Numbered from the stretch's first letter, positions 1 to 9,611 are shown. The stretch is DNA of 20,039 bases from Candidatus Zixiibacteriota bacterium (GCA_029932605.1 JAOZPT010000037.1:1-20039); one strand, 5' to 3'. Notes: a model not told the origin generated them from the letters alone. Translations and numbers: made by a program.

Positions 1-523
1 TTATAACCTTTTGCATCCCAATCAGCCATACCTGCAATTGCCAGGTTCTCTTTAGCCCTATCTAAATATTCTAAGGCCTTTTCTAATTTCCCATTAGATA
101 AAGATAATTCTCCAAGCTCACGGCATGAATGACCAACCCATTCATTATTATCAGGTGATGAGTCCTTCCTGTATGCATGGCCTACCGACCAAGCGGCTTT
201 TTATCAGTTGCTTCATACTCAGCTTTTTTAAGCCAAACTCTCCCCTCTTCTTTTTTATTTAACGCCAAATAGCACCGTGCTACCTGTGAAAGAGACTCCA
301 CCAGAACGATGTTGTTGTTACCTTCTTCAGTAATATTAACAGCCTGTTTATAAATCTTTATCGCCATATCATACTCTTTGGCCTTAAAAAGATCATCTCC
401 CTGGTTTAAAAGCTCTTTACTGTTTGCCGTGGCATCCTCTCCCCTGGCGCTATCCACCATTAAAACCATAATTGATACTAAAGCAAATATAAAAACGATA
501 ATTACATGTCTCTTCATTATCAT
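1..523 (-). pseudogene. Exported TPR-repeat protein, split by a frameshift or internal deletion near 183-200; 3' end runs off the window
   Basis: ORF 523-182 has a signal peptide (MKRHVIIVFIFALVSIMVLMVDSARG) and TPR-like helices (LLNQGDDLFKAKEYDMAIKIYKQA) and ends at TAG. The -1 frame is open from 200 to position 1 and reads WSVGHAYRKDSSPDNNEWVGHSCRELGELSLSNGKLEKALEYLDRAKENLAIAGMADWDAKGY, again TPR-like. Confidence 0.7.
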
Positions 524-559
524 AGTGGGATTTTAATTTTTCATTGAAATTTGCTCGCA

Positions 560-588
560 AATATATCCACTTTCACACGGGAAAGCAA
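560..588 (-). promoter_or_regulatory. Putative sigma70 promoter of the TPR gene
   Basis: Minus strand TTGCTT-17 nt-TATATT. Confidence 0.5.
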
Positions 589-663
589 ACTTAAGATATT
601 TTCATTCTACACAATTTAAAATTATCGCACCTTCCGGTTTGACAACTTTAAAAATCTATCCTT

Positions 664-690
664 TTGTGAACGAACATTTATGTTCCACAA
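664..690. other. Imperfect hairpin just downstream of the EF-G paralogue stop (possible 3' stabilising or terminator stem)
   Basis: TTGTG-aac-GAACA-ttta-TGTTC-CACAA; there is no clear U tract on the minus strand. Confidence 0.3.
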
Positions 691-716
691 GTAAGCGAAG
701 AAGCTTTAAAGCCCCT

Positions 717-2798
717 TTATTTCTCCTCCTCAGCCTTTTCCCTTTCGACCTCTTCAATAACCTTGTTAGCTATTTCGCGAGGAACCTCCTCGTAATGAGA
801 AAACTCTCGTGAATGAGTTCCCCGCCCCTGCGTCAGAGAACGAAGCGAGGTTGAATATTTATAAAGCTCTGCTAACGGCACCTGGGCTTTTATCCTCTTC
901 AGTTTACCATCAGGGCTCATACCCATTATCTTGCCTCGACGAGCGGAGATATCACCCATAACATCACCCATGAACTCCTCTGGTACCAGTACTTCAACAT
1001 TATAGATCGGTTCAATCAAATATGGATCGGCTTTGTTAAATCCATCCTTAAATCCCATAGAAGCTGCGATTTTAAAAGCTAAGTCTGATGAATCCACGCT
1101 GTGGTGGGAACCATCGTAACAGGTAACTTTAAAGTCAACAACTTTGGTACCTGCCAAACCGCTTCCTTGGCGGGCTTCAAGTATCCCCTTTTTGACAGCT
1201 GGCAAATACTTTGACGGAATGACCCCTCCTACAATAGCGTTAACAAAATCAAAATCTTTTCCTCTTGGTAACGGTTCCAACCTCAACCAGCAATCACCAT
1301 ACTGCCCGCGACCTCCTGATTGGCGTTTATATTTCCCCTGAACCTCTACTTTTTTCCGAATAGTTGAACGATATGGCACTTTTGGCTTAACAAGTTCAAC
1401 CTCAACTCCAAATTTGCGTTTTAGCCGGTCTACCACAACCTCAAGGTGCAATTCTCCCTGTCCGGATAAGATGGTTTGTTTGATATCATTATCAACAATC
1501 ATCTGGATGGTCGGGTCTTCTTCGCGGAGTTTGGCTAATCCGCTGGCAACCTTCTCCTCATCACCTTTTGTTTTGGTCTTTAGCGCCATTCTGATAACCG
1601 GCTTAGGAAAATCAATAGGTTTAAATTTTAAGGGAGCTTTCTTATCAGCTAAAGTATCGCCCGTATGAGTGGATTTAAGTTTTACCAAGGCTCCAATATC
1701 ACCAGCATAAACCACACCTATCTCTTTCCTCTCTTTGCCATTTAATACATATATCTGACCTATCCGTTCTGCGGTGTTCTTGTTTGTGTTTATTAAATCA
1801 TCACCAACCTGAACCTTACCAGAGTATACTTTGAAAAAGAATAGTTCCCCAACGTGAGGCTCGGATATTGTTTTAAAAACAAATGCTGATGTCTCATTTT
1901 CAGGGGATATTTTTCTGGTTACCTCTTTATCGCCATGGAACCCTTTTATTTCACCTTTATAATCAGGAGCGGGCATAAGCGTTGAAATATAGTCCAATAA
2001 ATTAAAAACCCCTGCCAAGGTTTTAGCCGAACCGCAGAAGATGGGATAGATAGACCTGTCAGCGATACCCTTTGCTAAGCCGGCTGTTATCTCCTTTTCT
2101 GATAAGGTTCCTTGGTCAAAAAACTTATTCATCAACTCTTCGTCTGATTCAGCGGCTGCTTCAACCAGTTTCTCTCGCCAATCTTCAGCGGTATCCTTCA
2201 ACTCCGTCGGGACTTCCTGCGATTTGACCGAACCGTCTTTCTCACAGATGAAAGCCTTCATCTTGACAAGATCGATAACACCTTTAAAAGCCAATCCATC
2301 ACCCCAGGACATCATCAGTGGTACAGCATGATTTGAAAAATTTTCCCGAATAGCCTCTACGCATTTACTAAAATCAGCATGTTCTTTATCCATACGGTTG
2401 ACAAAAAAGGCTCGAGGGATGTCATAATTTAATGCCATTCGCCAGACCATATCGGTGCCAACCTCTACACCGGTGACACCGTTAACAACGATCAAGGCGA
2501 CATCAGCAACACTTAAACCACCAACAACATCTCCAAAAAAATCTGTATAACCTGGAGTATCTATTATATTTATCTTACAACCCTTCCAAACGGTATGGGC
2601 TAAAGCTGAACTGATAGAGATTTTTCTTTCGATTTCATCGGCGGCGTAATCGGAAACAGTGTTTCCGTCATCGATATTTCCTAACCTCTTGGTGACCTTG
2701 CTGATAAAAAGCATAGCCTCTACCAGCGAGGTCTTTCCTGTGCCTCCATGGCCAACAACTCCTATGTTTCTGATCTTATCGATTGTATAATCCTTCAT
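717..2798 (-). CDS. fusA: Elongation factor G paralogue (EF-G2 type), about 693 aa
   Basis: G motifs GHGGTGKT, RKISI, DTPGY and NRMD; domain IV motifs KRQSGGRGQYG and DGSHHSVDSS; domain V YSTSLRSLTQGRG. The start is placed at ATG 2798 because GGGAGG (2808-2803) lies 4 nt upstream. Not flanked by rpsL/rpsG/tuf. Confidence 0.93.
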   Translation of the reverse strand: MKDYTIDKIRNIGVVGHGGTGKTSLVEAMLFISKVTKRLGNIDDGNTVSDYAADEIERKISISSALAHTVWKGCKINIIDTPGYTDFFGDVVGGLSVADVALIVVNGVTGVEVGTDMVWRMALNYDIPRAFFVNRMDKEHADFSKCVEAIRENFSNHAVPLMMSWGDGLAFKGVIDLVKMKAFICEKDGSVKSQEVPTELKDTAEDWREKLVEAAAESDEELMNKFFDQGTLSEKEITAGLAKGIADRSIYPIFCGSAKTLAGVFNLLDYISTLMPAPDYKGEIKGFHGDKEVTRKISPENETSAFVFKTISEPHVGELFFFKVYSGKVQVGDDLINTNKNTAERIGQIYVLNGKERKEIGVVYAGDIGALVKLKSTHTGDTLADKKAPLKFKPIDFPKPVIRMALKTKTKGDEEKVASGLAKLREEDPTIQMIVDNDIKQTILSGQGELHLEVVVDRLKRKFGVEVELVKPKVPYRSTIRKKVEVQGKYKRQSGGRGQYGDCWLRLEPLPRGKDFDFVNAIVGGVIPSKYLPAVKKGILEARQGSGLAGTKVVDFKVTCYDGSHHSVDSSDLAFKIAASMGFKDGFNKADPYLIEPIYNVEVLVPEEFMGDVMGDISARRGKIMGMSPDGKLKRIKAQVPLAELYKYSTSLRSLTQGRGTHSREFSHYEEVPREIANKVIEEVEREKAEEEK

Positions 2799-2837
2799 TA
2801 TTCCTCCCAAAGTTCAAATTTAATTTCAAGGTTTTAA

Positions 2838-2866
2838 ATGATAATAAAATAATATATGAATGTCAA
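2838..2866 (-). promoter_or_regulatory. Putative sigma70 promoter of the EF-G paralogue
   Basis: Minus strand TTGACA-17 nt-TATCAT. Confidence 0.6.
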
Positions 2867-3018
2867 CTGTTGCTAATTTTAGGTATTGTCCTAATTTGGT
2901 CTTTGACAACTGAATATTTTTAGAAATAAAAAAAGCTCAGCGGTGATGCGGTTTTTGTTTTTACGTGTTCTATATCAACATAGGACTTCTACTTTCATAG
3001 ACTGGTCACACTAACATA

Positions 3019-3210
3019 GTTGGCAATGAAAAAGTCTTATTTCAAGTTTTTGCAAGTACGAAGGATCTTGGCGATTGGAATTTTAGCAAGATTTTCAATC
3101 GCAGGCCAAGATTTTTCAGGGCAAAAAGAAGCTCTTTCATAAGCTTCTTCAGATTCCAGCCCATTACCGCTAACTTGGGATTGATTACATCGCCAATAAT
3201 TCCTTTTAAG
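3019..3210 (-). mobile_element. IS5-family remnant A: transposase C-terminus plus right end
   Basis: The minus strand encodes LKGIIGDVINPKLAVMGWNLKKLMKELLFALK...AKT*, resembling the IS5-family C-terminal RNYLKG..GD.IN..LA..G.N..KL motif. It is followed by GACTTTTTCATTGCCAAC|TA. Homologous to 12026-12171. Confidence 0.75.
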
Positions 3211-3213
3211 GCT

Positions 3214-3248
3214 ATAGGTCGGGTTCCGACTGAAGAGAGAAACCCGAC
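3214..3248 (+). repeat. REP-like palindrome downstream of hinT
   Basis: ATAG-GTCGGGTT-(15 nt)-AACCCGAC: an 8-bp perfect stem preceded by a GTAG-like tetranucleotide. Single copy in the window. Confidence 0.4.
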
Positions 3249-3277
3249 ATTTTAACTTGACAATCAGTTCATAACCC

Positions 3278-3613
3278 CTACCCTGGTGGCCAGGAAAACC
3301 ATCTACCGCCCAATAGATGCACATGGAGATGATTTATTGACTGGCCGGCGTGTTCACGGCAGTTGATAACCGTCCGGTATCCCTTCTGAGAAATACCGAC
3401 CTTTTTAGCAAGTTGGCCTGCCTGGTTTAATAATTTGCCCATTATTTCAGGAGAGGCATCTTCAATAGTGGGAATATGCTTTTTGGGAATGAGCAATATA
3501 TGCGTCGGCGCCTGAGGATTGATGTCGTTAATGGCAATTATATCATCATCTTCATAAACAATATCCGCTTTCACCTTACGTTCGACAATCCTGCAAAAAA
3601 CACATCCAATCAT
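3278..3613 (-). CDS. hinT: Histidine triad (HIT) nucleotide-binding protein
   Basis: N-terminal CVFC, DINPQAPTHILLIPKKH, HLHVHLLGGR triad and WPPG C-terminus. Confidence 0.95.
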   Translation of the reverse strand: MIGCVFCRIVERKVKADIVYEDDDIIAINDINPQAPTHILLIPKKHIPTIEDASPEIMGKLLNQAGQLAKKVGISQKGYRTVINCREHAGQSINHLHVHLLGGRWFSWPPG

Positions 3614-3624
3614 ATTTCACCCAT

Positions 3625-4512
3625 TTAACTTTGGCTTGGTTTCTGTTTTAAGCCTATATAACTTATCCATTCACTACCTGTTAAATCATCCTTAAGAATA
3701 TAGGGTTTATCATTTATATAGTCTAAAAATCTTTGCCTGTCCTGACATGGTATACCTGAAAATATAATAAATCCCTCATCTTTTAAAGATTCATCGAGTT
3801 CATTATAAAGTTCTATTATCTGGTCAATACTCAAATTGGCGGCTACGATGTCACAAGGTGGACAGGCTACGAAATCCGACGCCCGAATCAGCTGAACATC
3901 GACATTATTCAGGGCAAAATTCTCTTTAGCGCACCCAATAGCCTCGCGATCAATATCTACAGCTACCACTTCAGCGGCACCCATCTTTGAGGCAGCAATT
4001 GCCAGTATCCCCGTACCACATCCGTAATCCAAAACTCTTTTTCCTCTACAGCCGATTTTTTCAAGCGCTTTTAAGCATTGGGCAGTAGACTGGTGATGAC
4101 CTGTACCGAAAGCCATCTTGGGGTCGATGACGATCTCAATTTCGTCTGTCCTCACATGATAATGTCTCCAACTTGGACGAACAACGATTTTGTCAGTAAC
4201 ATGAATGGGTACAAAACTTTCTTTCCAGCCAGCTAACCAGTCATCATTCTTAATATAATCCAGGCTAATGAGCTTATATTTAGCGTCAGGAAATAAAGAT
4301 AGTTGTTTTGAAAAGAAATCGTTAATTTCCTTCTGGGTAAATGGCTTATCTTTTTGCGGATGTAAATAAGCCGTTATAATGGTTTGGCCACTTAGTTTTT
4401 CATCATCAATCACAAGCCCGCCAGTATTACGTTCCAAAAGGAAATTCGAAAAAACCTCCATTATATCGTTACTGCAAGCGATAATAATCCTTTGATATTT
4501 TTCAGAGAGCAA
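3625..4512 (-). CDS. prmA: Ribosomal protein L11 methyltransferase
   Basis: IDPKMAFGTGHHQST and SAM motif VLDYGCGTGILAI. The TTG start is 2 nt after the dnaJ stop, matching the usual dnaJ-prmA order. Confidence 0.92.
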   Translation of the reverse strand: MLSEKYQRIIIACSNDIMEVFSNFLLERNTGGLVIDDEKLSGQTIITAYLHPQKDKPFTQKEINDFFSKQLSLFPDAKYKLISLDYIKNDDWLAGWKESFVPIHVTDKIVVRPSWRHYHVRTDEIEIVIDPKMAFGTGHHQSTAQCLKALEKIGCRGKRVLDYGCGTGILAIAASKMGAAEVVAVDIDREAIGCAKENFALNNVDVQLIRASDFVACPPCDIVAANLSIDQIIELYNELDESLKDEGFIIFSGIPCQDRQRFLDYINDKPYILKDDLTGSEWISYIGLKQKPSQS

Positions 4513-4514
4513 TT

Positions 4515-5666
4515 TTACACACCAAGTGTTTGGCGAAGCTTTTCAAAAAAAGATTTATCGGTATTCAAAGGTTGATTTTTTTGCAACTCGGCTAACCTCA
4601 TAAACAGCTCTTTCTCCTGGGCAGACAATTTGGTTGGCGTAATAACTAATACTCTTACCAACTGGTCACCTCGCCCGTAACCGTTTAAATGAGGTATACC
4701 TTTGCCACGCAACCTGAATACTCTACCCGATTGAGTTCCCGCCGGTATTTTTAAATTGACTTTTCCATCAAGGGTGGGAACTTCAATATGAGCACCAAGG
4801 GCAGCTTTGGAGAAATTAATAGCTTGTTCACAAATTATATCATCACCATGGCGGGTAAAAATAGAGTGTTCTTTCTCCTCTATAATTACAAGGACATCCC
4901 CGGCAGGCCCGCCATGTGGTCCAACGTCACCCGCACTTCTTACTGGTATATAATTTCCCGAGGATACCCCTTGGGGAATTTTCACCTTTATCTCAGATTG
5001 GCCCTTAATCCGACCATTTCCTGCACATGCCAAACATGGCTTTTCTATTATCTTTCCGGTTCCGCCACAATAAGGACAGGTTGAAATATTGACAAACTGG
5101 CCAAAAAACGAACGGGTAACGGTTTTCTGCTGGCCTGTACCGTTACAACGGGGACATGTTCTCTTTGATGTCCCTTTTTCAAGACCGCTTCCATTGCAAC
5201 GGTCACATACGACCAGTCTTTTTATTCTGATAGTTTTTTCAACACCTGTGGCAATTTCCTCTAAAGACAACTTCAGTTTTACCTGAAGGTCTCGTCCTCT
5301 TTGCGGACCAGCTCTTTGCCTTGCTGTCGTTGTTTCTCCGAAGAAATTCTCAAAACCGAAACCACCAAAATCCCGCATGAAAGCTCTTAGGGCATCACCC
5401 AGATCGAACCCAAAATCGCCAAAACCACCGAAACCTCCACCGGCAAGCCCCTGATGACCATAACGATCGTATATTTGGCGTTTACTGTCGTCTTTTAAAA
5501 CCTCATAAGCCTCGGTGGCCTCTTTAAACTTTTCTTCGGCAGTTTTATCGCCGGGATTCTTATCTGGATGATATTTAACCGCCAAACGACGGTAAGCCTT
5601 TTTTATCTCATCAAGGCTGGCACTTCTGGAAACACCCAATATTTCGTAGTAATCCCTTTTATCCAT
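4515..5666 (-). CDS. dnaJ: Chaperone DnaJ
   Basis: J domain with HPD, a G/F-rich region, four CxxCxGxG repeats and the C-terminal domain. ATG 5666 (MDKRDYYE) is the likely start; GTG 5672 is an alternative. Confidence 0.97.
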   Translation of the reverse strand: MDKRDYYEILGVSRSASLDEIKKAYRRLAVKYHPDKNPGDKTAEEKFKEATEAYEVLKDDSKRQIYDRYGHQGLAGGGFGGFGDFGFDLGDALRAFMRDFGGFGFENFFGETTTARQRAGPQRGRDLQVKLKLSLEEIATGVEKTIRIKRLVVCDRCNGSGLEKGTSKRTCPRCNGTGQQKTVTRSFFGQFVNISTCPYCGGTGKIIEKPCLACAGNGRIKGQSEIKVKIPQGVSSGNYIPVRSAGDVGPHGGPAGDVLVIIEEKEHSIFTRHGDDIICEQAINFSKAALGAHIEVPTLDGKVNLKIPAGTQSGRVFRLRGKGIPHLNGYGRGDQLVRVLVITPTKLSAQEKELFMRLAELQKNQPLNTDKSFFEKLRQTLGV

Positions 5667-5687
5667 AGTCACAATTCCAATTTTACG

Positions 5688-5716
5688 AATATAGAATAAT
5701 TACGGTTTCAAGTCAA
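5688..5716 (-). promoter_or_regulatory. Putative sigma70 promoter of dnaJ-prmA-hinT
   Basis: Minus strand TTGACT-17 nt-TATATT; no CIRCE element is visible. Confidence 0.55.
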
Positions 5717-5770
5717 CCATTGTAAAAAACAGGGATATTACTTTAACAAAATAATAGATTTGTATTTTAT

Positions 5771-5802
5771 AAAAAAGCTCCAGATATTACATTTCTGGAG
5801 CT
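5771..5802 (-). terminator. Intrinsic terminator after the lipoprotein gene
   Basis: Minus strand AGCTCCAGA-aatgtaata-TCTGGAGCT followed by a T run. Confidence 0.8.
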
Positions 5803-5827
5803 CTGTCATTTCATCTGCACAATCAAT

Positions 5828-7066
5828 TTAGTAATTTTTTGATTGCATACCACCCACCCGATAATACGGTAATGGCGGGTCGGGAGAGATGATGCCAATC
5901 GCCGTTATCTCACCTGTTTCACCATCTAAAGTGCATACATGCCAGTACCAATCCTCCTGCGCTGTCGTATCAGGCGGTGTAAATTCCTGTACACTCCTGT
6001 CGGGTTTCAATATCGATACTTCCGCATTTGAGGAGGGAATATCCCCCTCACCTGCCCAATGATGGACAGCATACGTATATAAACCCGGAAATCCTTGATA
6101 AACGACGATGTGTTCTGGACCCCAGCTGGTGATATCATCTAAGTCGAGAAAAGCGTAAGGTGGCTCAAGCGTTTCTCCCTTGCTGGCAAAATATATATGA
6201 AAACTATCCCCCTCGATTTCGGGAGTCCATAGATGCGAATCAAGGTCTCGAGGGTTTTCATCCCAGGTCAAGGTAAACTGGGCAAAGAAACTTCCTTCAG
6301 CCATGATAACAGAATTAATGTATATGACAGGTAATATACTGTCATTGTATGTAACGTAATGGATATTCAAAGTATCATCATTAAAAATATGAAACTCCAA
6401 CCCCATCAAAACTGAAAACGTCTCAAAATCCTCAATCTGGTTCATTGCAACCGAGACCGTTTGCACTTCTGCATTGGTCAGGGTTGCCACGTTACTTGTG
6501 ATATGTATAAAAAAACCATTATCAATGGTTACAGAATCAGTCAAATTATATACATCTTCAAGCGTACCTAACGATGAAACCGGTGTGCACCACTCATCTG
6601 TATAAACTGCCTCATTATGTGGAGGCTCATTGTAGTACGAATAAACCTGTCGATCCAAACTCGCAAGCGTTATTACAACCTCAGCTTCGAAAGCCTGGTA
6701 ACTCTCTGGAGATTGAACACCTGATACATGCGGGGAATAACTTATATCCTCCGCGATCTCCATTGAATCATATGGCATAAACCTGAAACCAGGATAATAA
6801 GATTCGTTTCCACCGGTGAATGCAAAGAAGTAATCATTTAGCAAATAGCCGGTTACAGGAATATCACTCAAACCAGCTTCTGCCTCATTGATAACTGAAA
6901 CCGTAATAATATGGCTTCCCAGGTCAAGTTCAACCTTACCACTTGAGTCGGTCGTTCCGGATGCAACAGCCCGTTCTTTAGGGTAAACTGATTCATCATC
7001 ACTGCATGCCACAAATAATAAAAGCATTATAACAGCTATCCCAATAACCAACCTCTTTATACCCAT
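5828..7066 (-). CDS. Acidic lipoprotein with a C-terminal YfaP/DUF2135-like domain
   Basis: Lipoprotein signal ending LLFVA-C. C-terminal motifs FTLTWDENPRDLDSHLWTP and LDLDDITSWGPEHI. GGAG lies upstream of the start. Confidence 0.8.
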   Translation of the reverse strand: MGIKRLVIGIAVIMLLLFVACSDDESVYPKERAVASGTTDSSGKVELDLGSHIITVSVINEAEAGLSDIPVTGYLLNDYFFAFTGGNESYYPGFRFMPYDSMEIAEDISYSPHVSGVQSPESYQAFEAEVVITLASLDRQVYSYYNEPPHNEAVYTDEWCTPVSSLGTLEDVYNLTDSVTIDNGFFIHITSNVATLTNAEVQTVSVAMNQIEDFETFSVLMGLEFHIFNDDTLNIHYVTYNDSILPVIYINSVIMAEGSFFAQFTLTWDENPRDLDSHLWTPEIEGDSFHIYFASKGETLEPPYAFLDLDDITSWGPEHIVVYQGFPGLYTYAVHHWAGEGDIPSSNAEVSILKPDRSVQEFTPPDTTAQEDWYWHVCTLDGETGEITAIGIISPDPPLPYYRVGGMQSKNY

Positions 7067-7344
7067 AGTATCATTCTCCCTTTAACTTTAATTCGAAAAT
7101 CGATTAATTATAGAGTTAATATTTCAATTATCCTGTTAAATAATTCGGATTAAAAGACCACTACTTTAGACAATAATTATTGTTAAATTCATATATGTAT
7201 TTTTGACTTAAAATCGGATATAGACCTATAAGTGATATAATTGAAATGTAATTTATATCCCAAAAAAACAATGTAAGTAATAATCACCACCACTGGGGAA
7301 GATAATGTATAGAATTACATTAAGTTTAGTTAGATAACTTCATA

Positions 7345-8115
7345 TTAACTCTGTTTGTTAAGGACAACATAGGTCCTTCTTGATACTTCAGTGAAACCTA
7401 ATTTCCGAGCAACCTGAAGCGAGGCAATGTTAAGTTCACCTGTACTCCAGACAGGTATATATCCCATTTCCTGAACCCGCTTTACTACTAAACAAGCCCC
7501 CGCTGTGGCGTATCCCCTGCCACGCCACTTTTTTAGAGTACCAACACCAATATCGGCATAATTATCATTACAGGATGTCATACAGGCTATAGAAACCATT
7601 CTGTTTGATACAATTGCACCTGCAACAAAACTGTCCGATAACAACTTCTCCGGGCTTCCAAAAAGGTTGTATTCACGAAACACTGTTGGAGCTGATCTCA
7701 ACAGTTCAAGGTCGGTTGAGCTCAGCATTCGAACATCATCATTCTGGAAACCTACTACCGGTGTTTCTAATACATGGCAGATATCATCAATATACTTTAC
7801 ACGAATTCCCATTTCTTTTTCAATAGTCTTTCCAAGAGTAATAGCATATTCTGAAGGGACACTAATGCAATCCCAGCATTCCAATCTTTTTAATAATTCC
7901 CATAGGGCCTCTGAAGAAGAACCATGGCCTGATAGTTCATTAGGTTCAATGTCTGCCTGAATAATCGCTCCTTTAAAATGCGAAGGACTGCCCATAATGT
8001 AAGCACGGCACAATCCACGTCTTAGAAGATGAACGTCATTGACCATATCAGGCAAATTACCTAAAGTATCAGCAAGTATTCGACATCCATCTATGCTAAG
8101 AGGTTTAATTGTCAT
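7345..8115 (-). CDS. GNAT-family N-acetyltransferase
   Basis: Acetyl-CoA motif A (IGVGTLKKWRGRGYATA) and C-terminal WST..NIASLQVARKLGF. Confidence 0.88.
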   Translation of the reverse strand: MTIKPLSIDGCRILADTLGNLPDMVNDVHLLRRGLCRAYIMGSPSHFKGAIIQADIEPNELSGHGSSSEALWELLKRLECWDCISVPSEYAITLGKTIEKEMGIRVKYIDDICHVLETPVVGFQNDDVRMLSSTDLELLRSAPTVFREYNLFGSPEKLLSDSFVAGAIVSNRMVSIACMTSCNDNYADIGVGTLKKWRGRGYATAGACLVVKRVQEMGYIPVWSTGELNIASLQVARKLGFTEVSRRTYVVLNKQS

Positions 8116-8211
8116 ATAATCAGAAAAATTTATTTAAAAAATATTTAATAGATTGCTACTTCCTATCTGGTTAACCTAGTGGGTTTATTTAAACATTAAA
8201 ACTAATAAATC

Positions 8212-9567
8212 CTATTTCACCTTTATCGGATACTTCCCCGAGAAGCAGGCATGGCAGAACCCTTCCTTGGGGAGGGCGGCCAAAGAAAGCATTCCCCCTA
8301 ATGACAGATAACCGAGCGAATCGACGCCGAGATAGCGTCTTATCGATTTTACTGACCGTCGTGAAGCTATAAGTTCCTTTTTAGTAGGCATATCTATACC
8401 ATAAAAGCAGGGGTGTGTAATCTGTGGTGAGGATACGCGCATATGTACCTCTTTAGCGCCAGCCTCGCGAAGCATTTTGACCAGTTTCCTGGAGGTTGTT
8501 CCCCTGACAATTGAATCATCCACTATCACTACACGCTTTTTTTTCAGCACGCCGCGGATTGGGTTAAATTTAATTTTGACATCAAGATCCCGTATTTTCT
8601 GCTCTGGTTCAATGAATGTTCGTCCTACATAATGATTGCGTATTAAGCCAATCTCGAACGGTATTCCAGTAGCCTCCGAGAAACCCAGAGCGGCGGTATT
8701 GGAGCTGTCGGGGACAGCCATAACGATATCAGCCTCAACTGGATGTTCACTGGCAAGCTGTCTTCCAAGACGGCGGCGCACCTTATCGACATTCATTCTA
8801 TAGATCATCGAATCGGGACGTGAGAAATAGATAAATTCAAAAATACAGAAAGCGTGGCGTCGTTTTGGCAAAATCCTATATGATTTCAGCATGTTGCCAT
8901 TTGCAACAAGTATTTCACCGGGTTCTATATCGCGGATATATTTAGCCCCGATTATATCAAAGGCACAGGTTTCGGAGGCAATAACCCATGATTTTCGAAG
9001 TTTTCCTAAAGCTAAAGGTCTTACTCCAACCGGGTCACGAGCTGCAATCAGGTTTTCGCCCGAAAGCATGACCAAAGAATAAGCACCAGTGACTCGTTTT
9101 AAAGCATCGGCTAAAGCCTTCTCAATCCGCCGTTGGCGTGATTTTGCTACTAAATGAAGTATAACCTCTGTATCAGAGCTGGAAGTAAAAATTGAACCAT
9201 TGGCCTCCATTTTCTGGCGCAATCGGTGATAATTTATAATGTTACCGTTATGCCCCAAGGCCAGGGAACCATTTTTATAATTAATCAAAAGCGGTTGAAT
9301 GTTTATTGGCGACGATGAACCAGTTGTTGAATACCGGTTATGGCCAATCGCCATACGTCCCTTTAATATTTTCAACTGGTCTAAAGAAGAAAATACCTCA
9401 TCGACTTTACCCATTCCTCTTTTAACGTGAATGATTTTGCCATTGCTGGTGGCAATACCACAGGATTCCTGTCCTCGATGTTGCAGGGCGTAGAGCCCGA
9501 GATAGGTCAAAACAGCCGCATTCCGTGTCCCCGTGATGCCAAAAACACCGCATTTATCTCGTATCAT
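8212..9567 (-). CDS. purF: Amidophosphoribosyltransferase, propeptide and [4Fe-4S] (Bacillus-like) type
   Basis: MIRDK-CGVFG, QHRGQE, GHNRYST and PRPP motif VDDSIVRGTT. Cys ligand motifs CIFE, PCFYG and CHAC. Confidence 0.97.
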   Translation of the reverse strand: MIRDKCGVFGITGTRNAAVLTYLGLYALQHRGQESCGIATSNGKIIHVKRGMGKVDEVFSSLDQLKILKGRMAIGHNRYSTTGSSSPINIQPLLINYKNGSLALGHNGNIINYHRLRQKMEANGSIFTSSSDTEVILHLVAKSRQRRIEKALADALKRVTGAYSLVMLSGENLIAARDPVGVRPLALGKLRKSWVIASETCAFDIIGAKYIRDIEPGEILVANGNMLKSYRILPKRRHAFCIFEFIYFSRPDSMIYRMNVDKVRRRLGRQLASEHPVEADIVMAVPDSSNTAALGFSEATGIPFEIGLIRNHYVGRTFIEPEQKIRDLDVKIKFNPIRGVLKKKRVVIVDDSIVRGTTSRKLVKMLREAGAKEVHMRVSSPQITHPCFYGIDMPTKKELIASRRSVKSIRRYLGVDSLGYLSLGGMLSLAALPKEGFCHACFSGKYPIKVK

Positions 9568-9611
9568 TCAATTACTCCACTGTAAAAGCCGATATTTATA
9601 TTAAGTTTAAA

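Noticed and set aside
182..184. Amber readthrough (pyrrolysine or recoding) of the TPR gene's TAG
   Set aside because: The in-frame continuation is not TPR-like and soon hits another TAG. The protein-like continuation is in the -1 frame, and other TAG-ending genes stop at their expected C-termini.
2925..2962. Possible terminator between remnant A and the fusA promoter
   Set aside because: The stem is short and mismatched, so it cannot be supported.
3037..3324. 95-aa minus-strand ORF
   Set aside because: It overlaps hinT, the hairpin and IS remnant A in a frame different from the transposase-like one, and has no recognisable motif.
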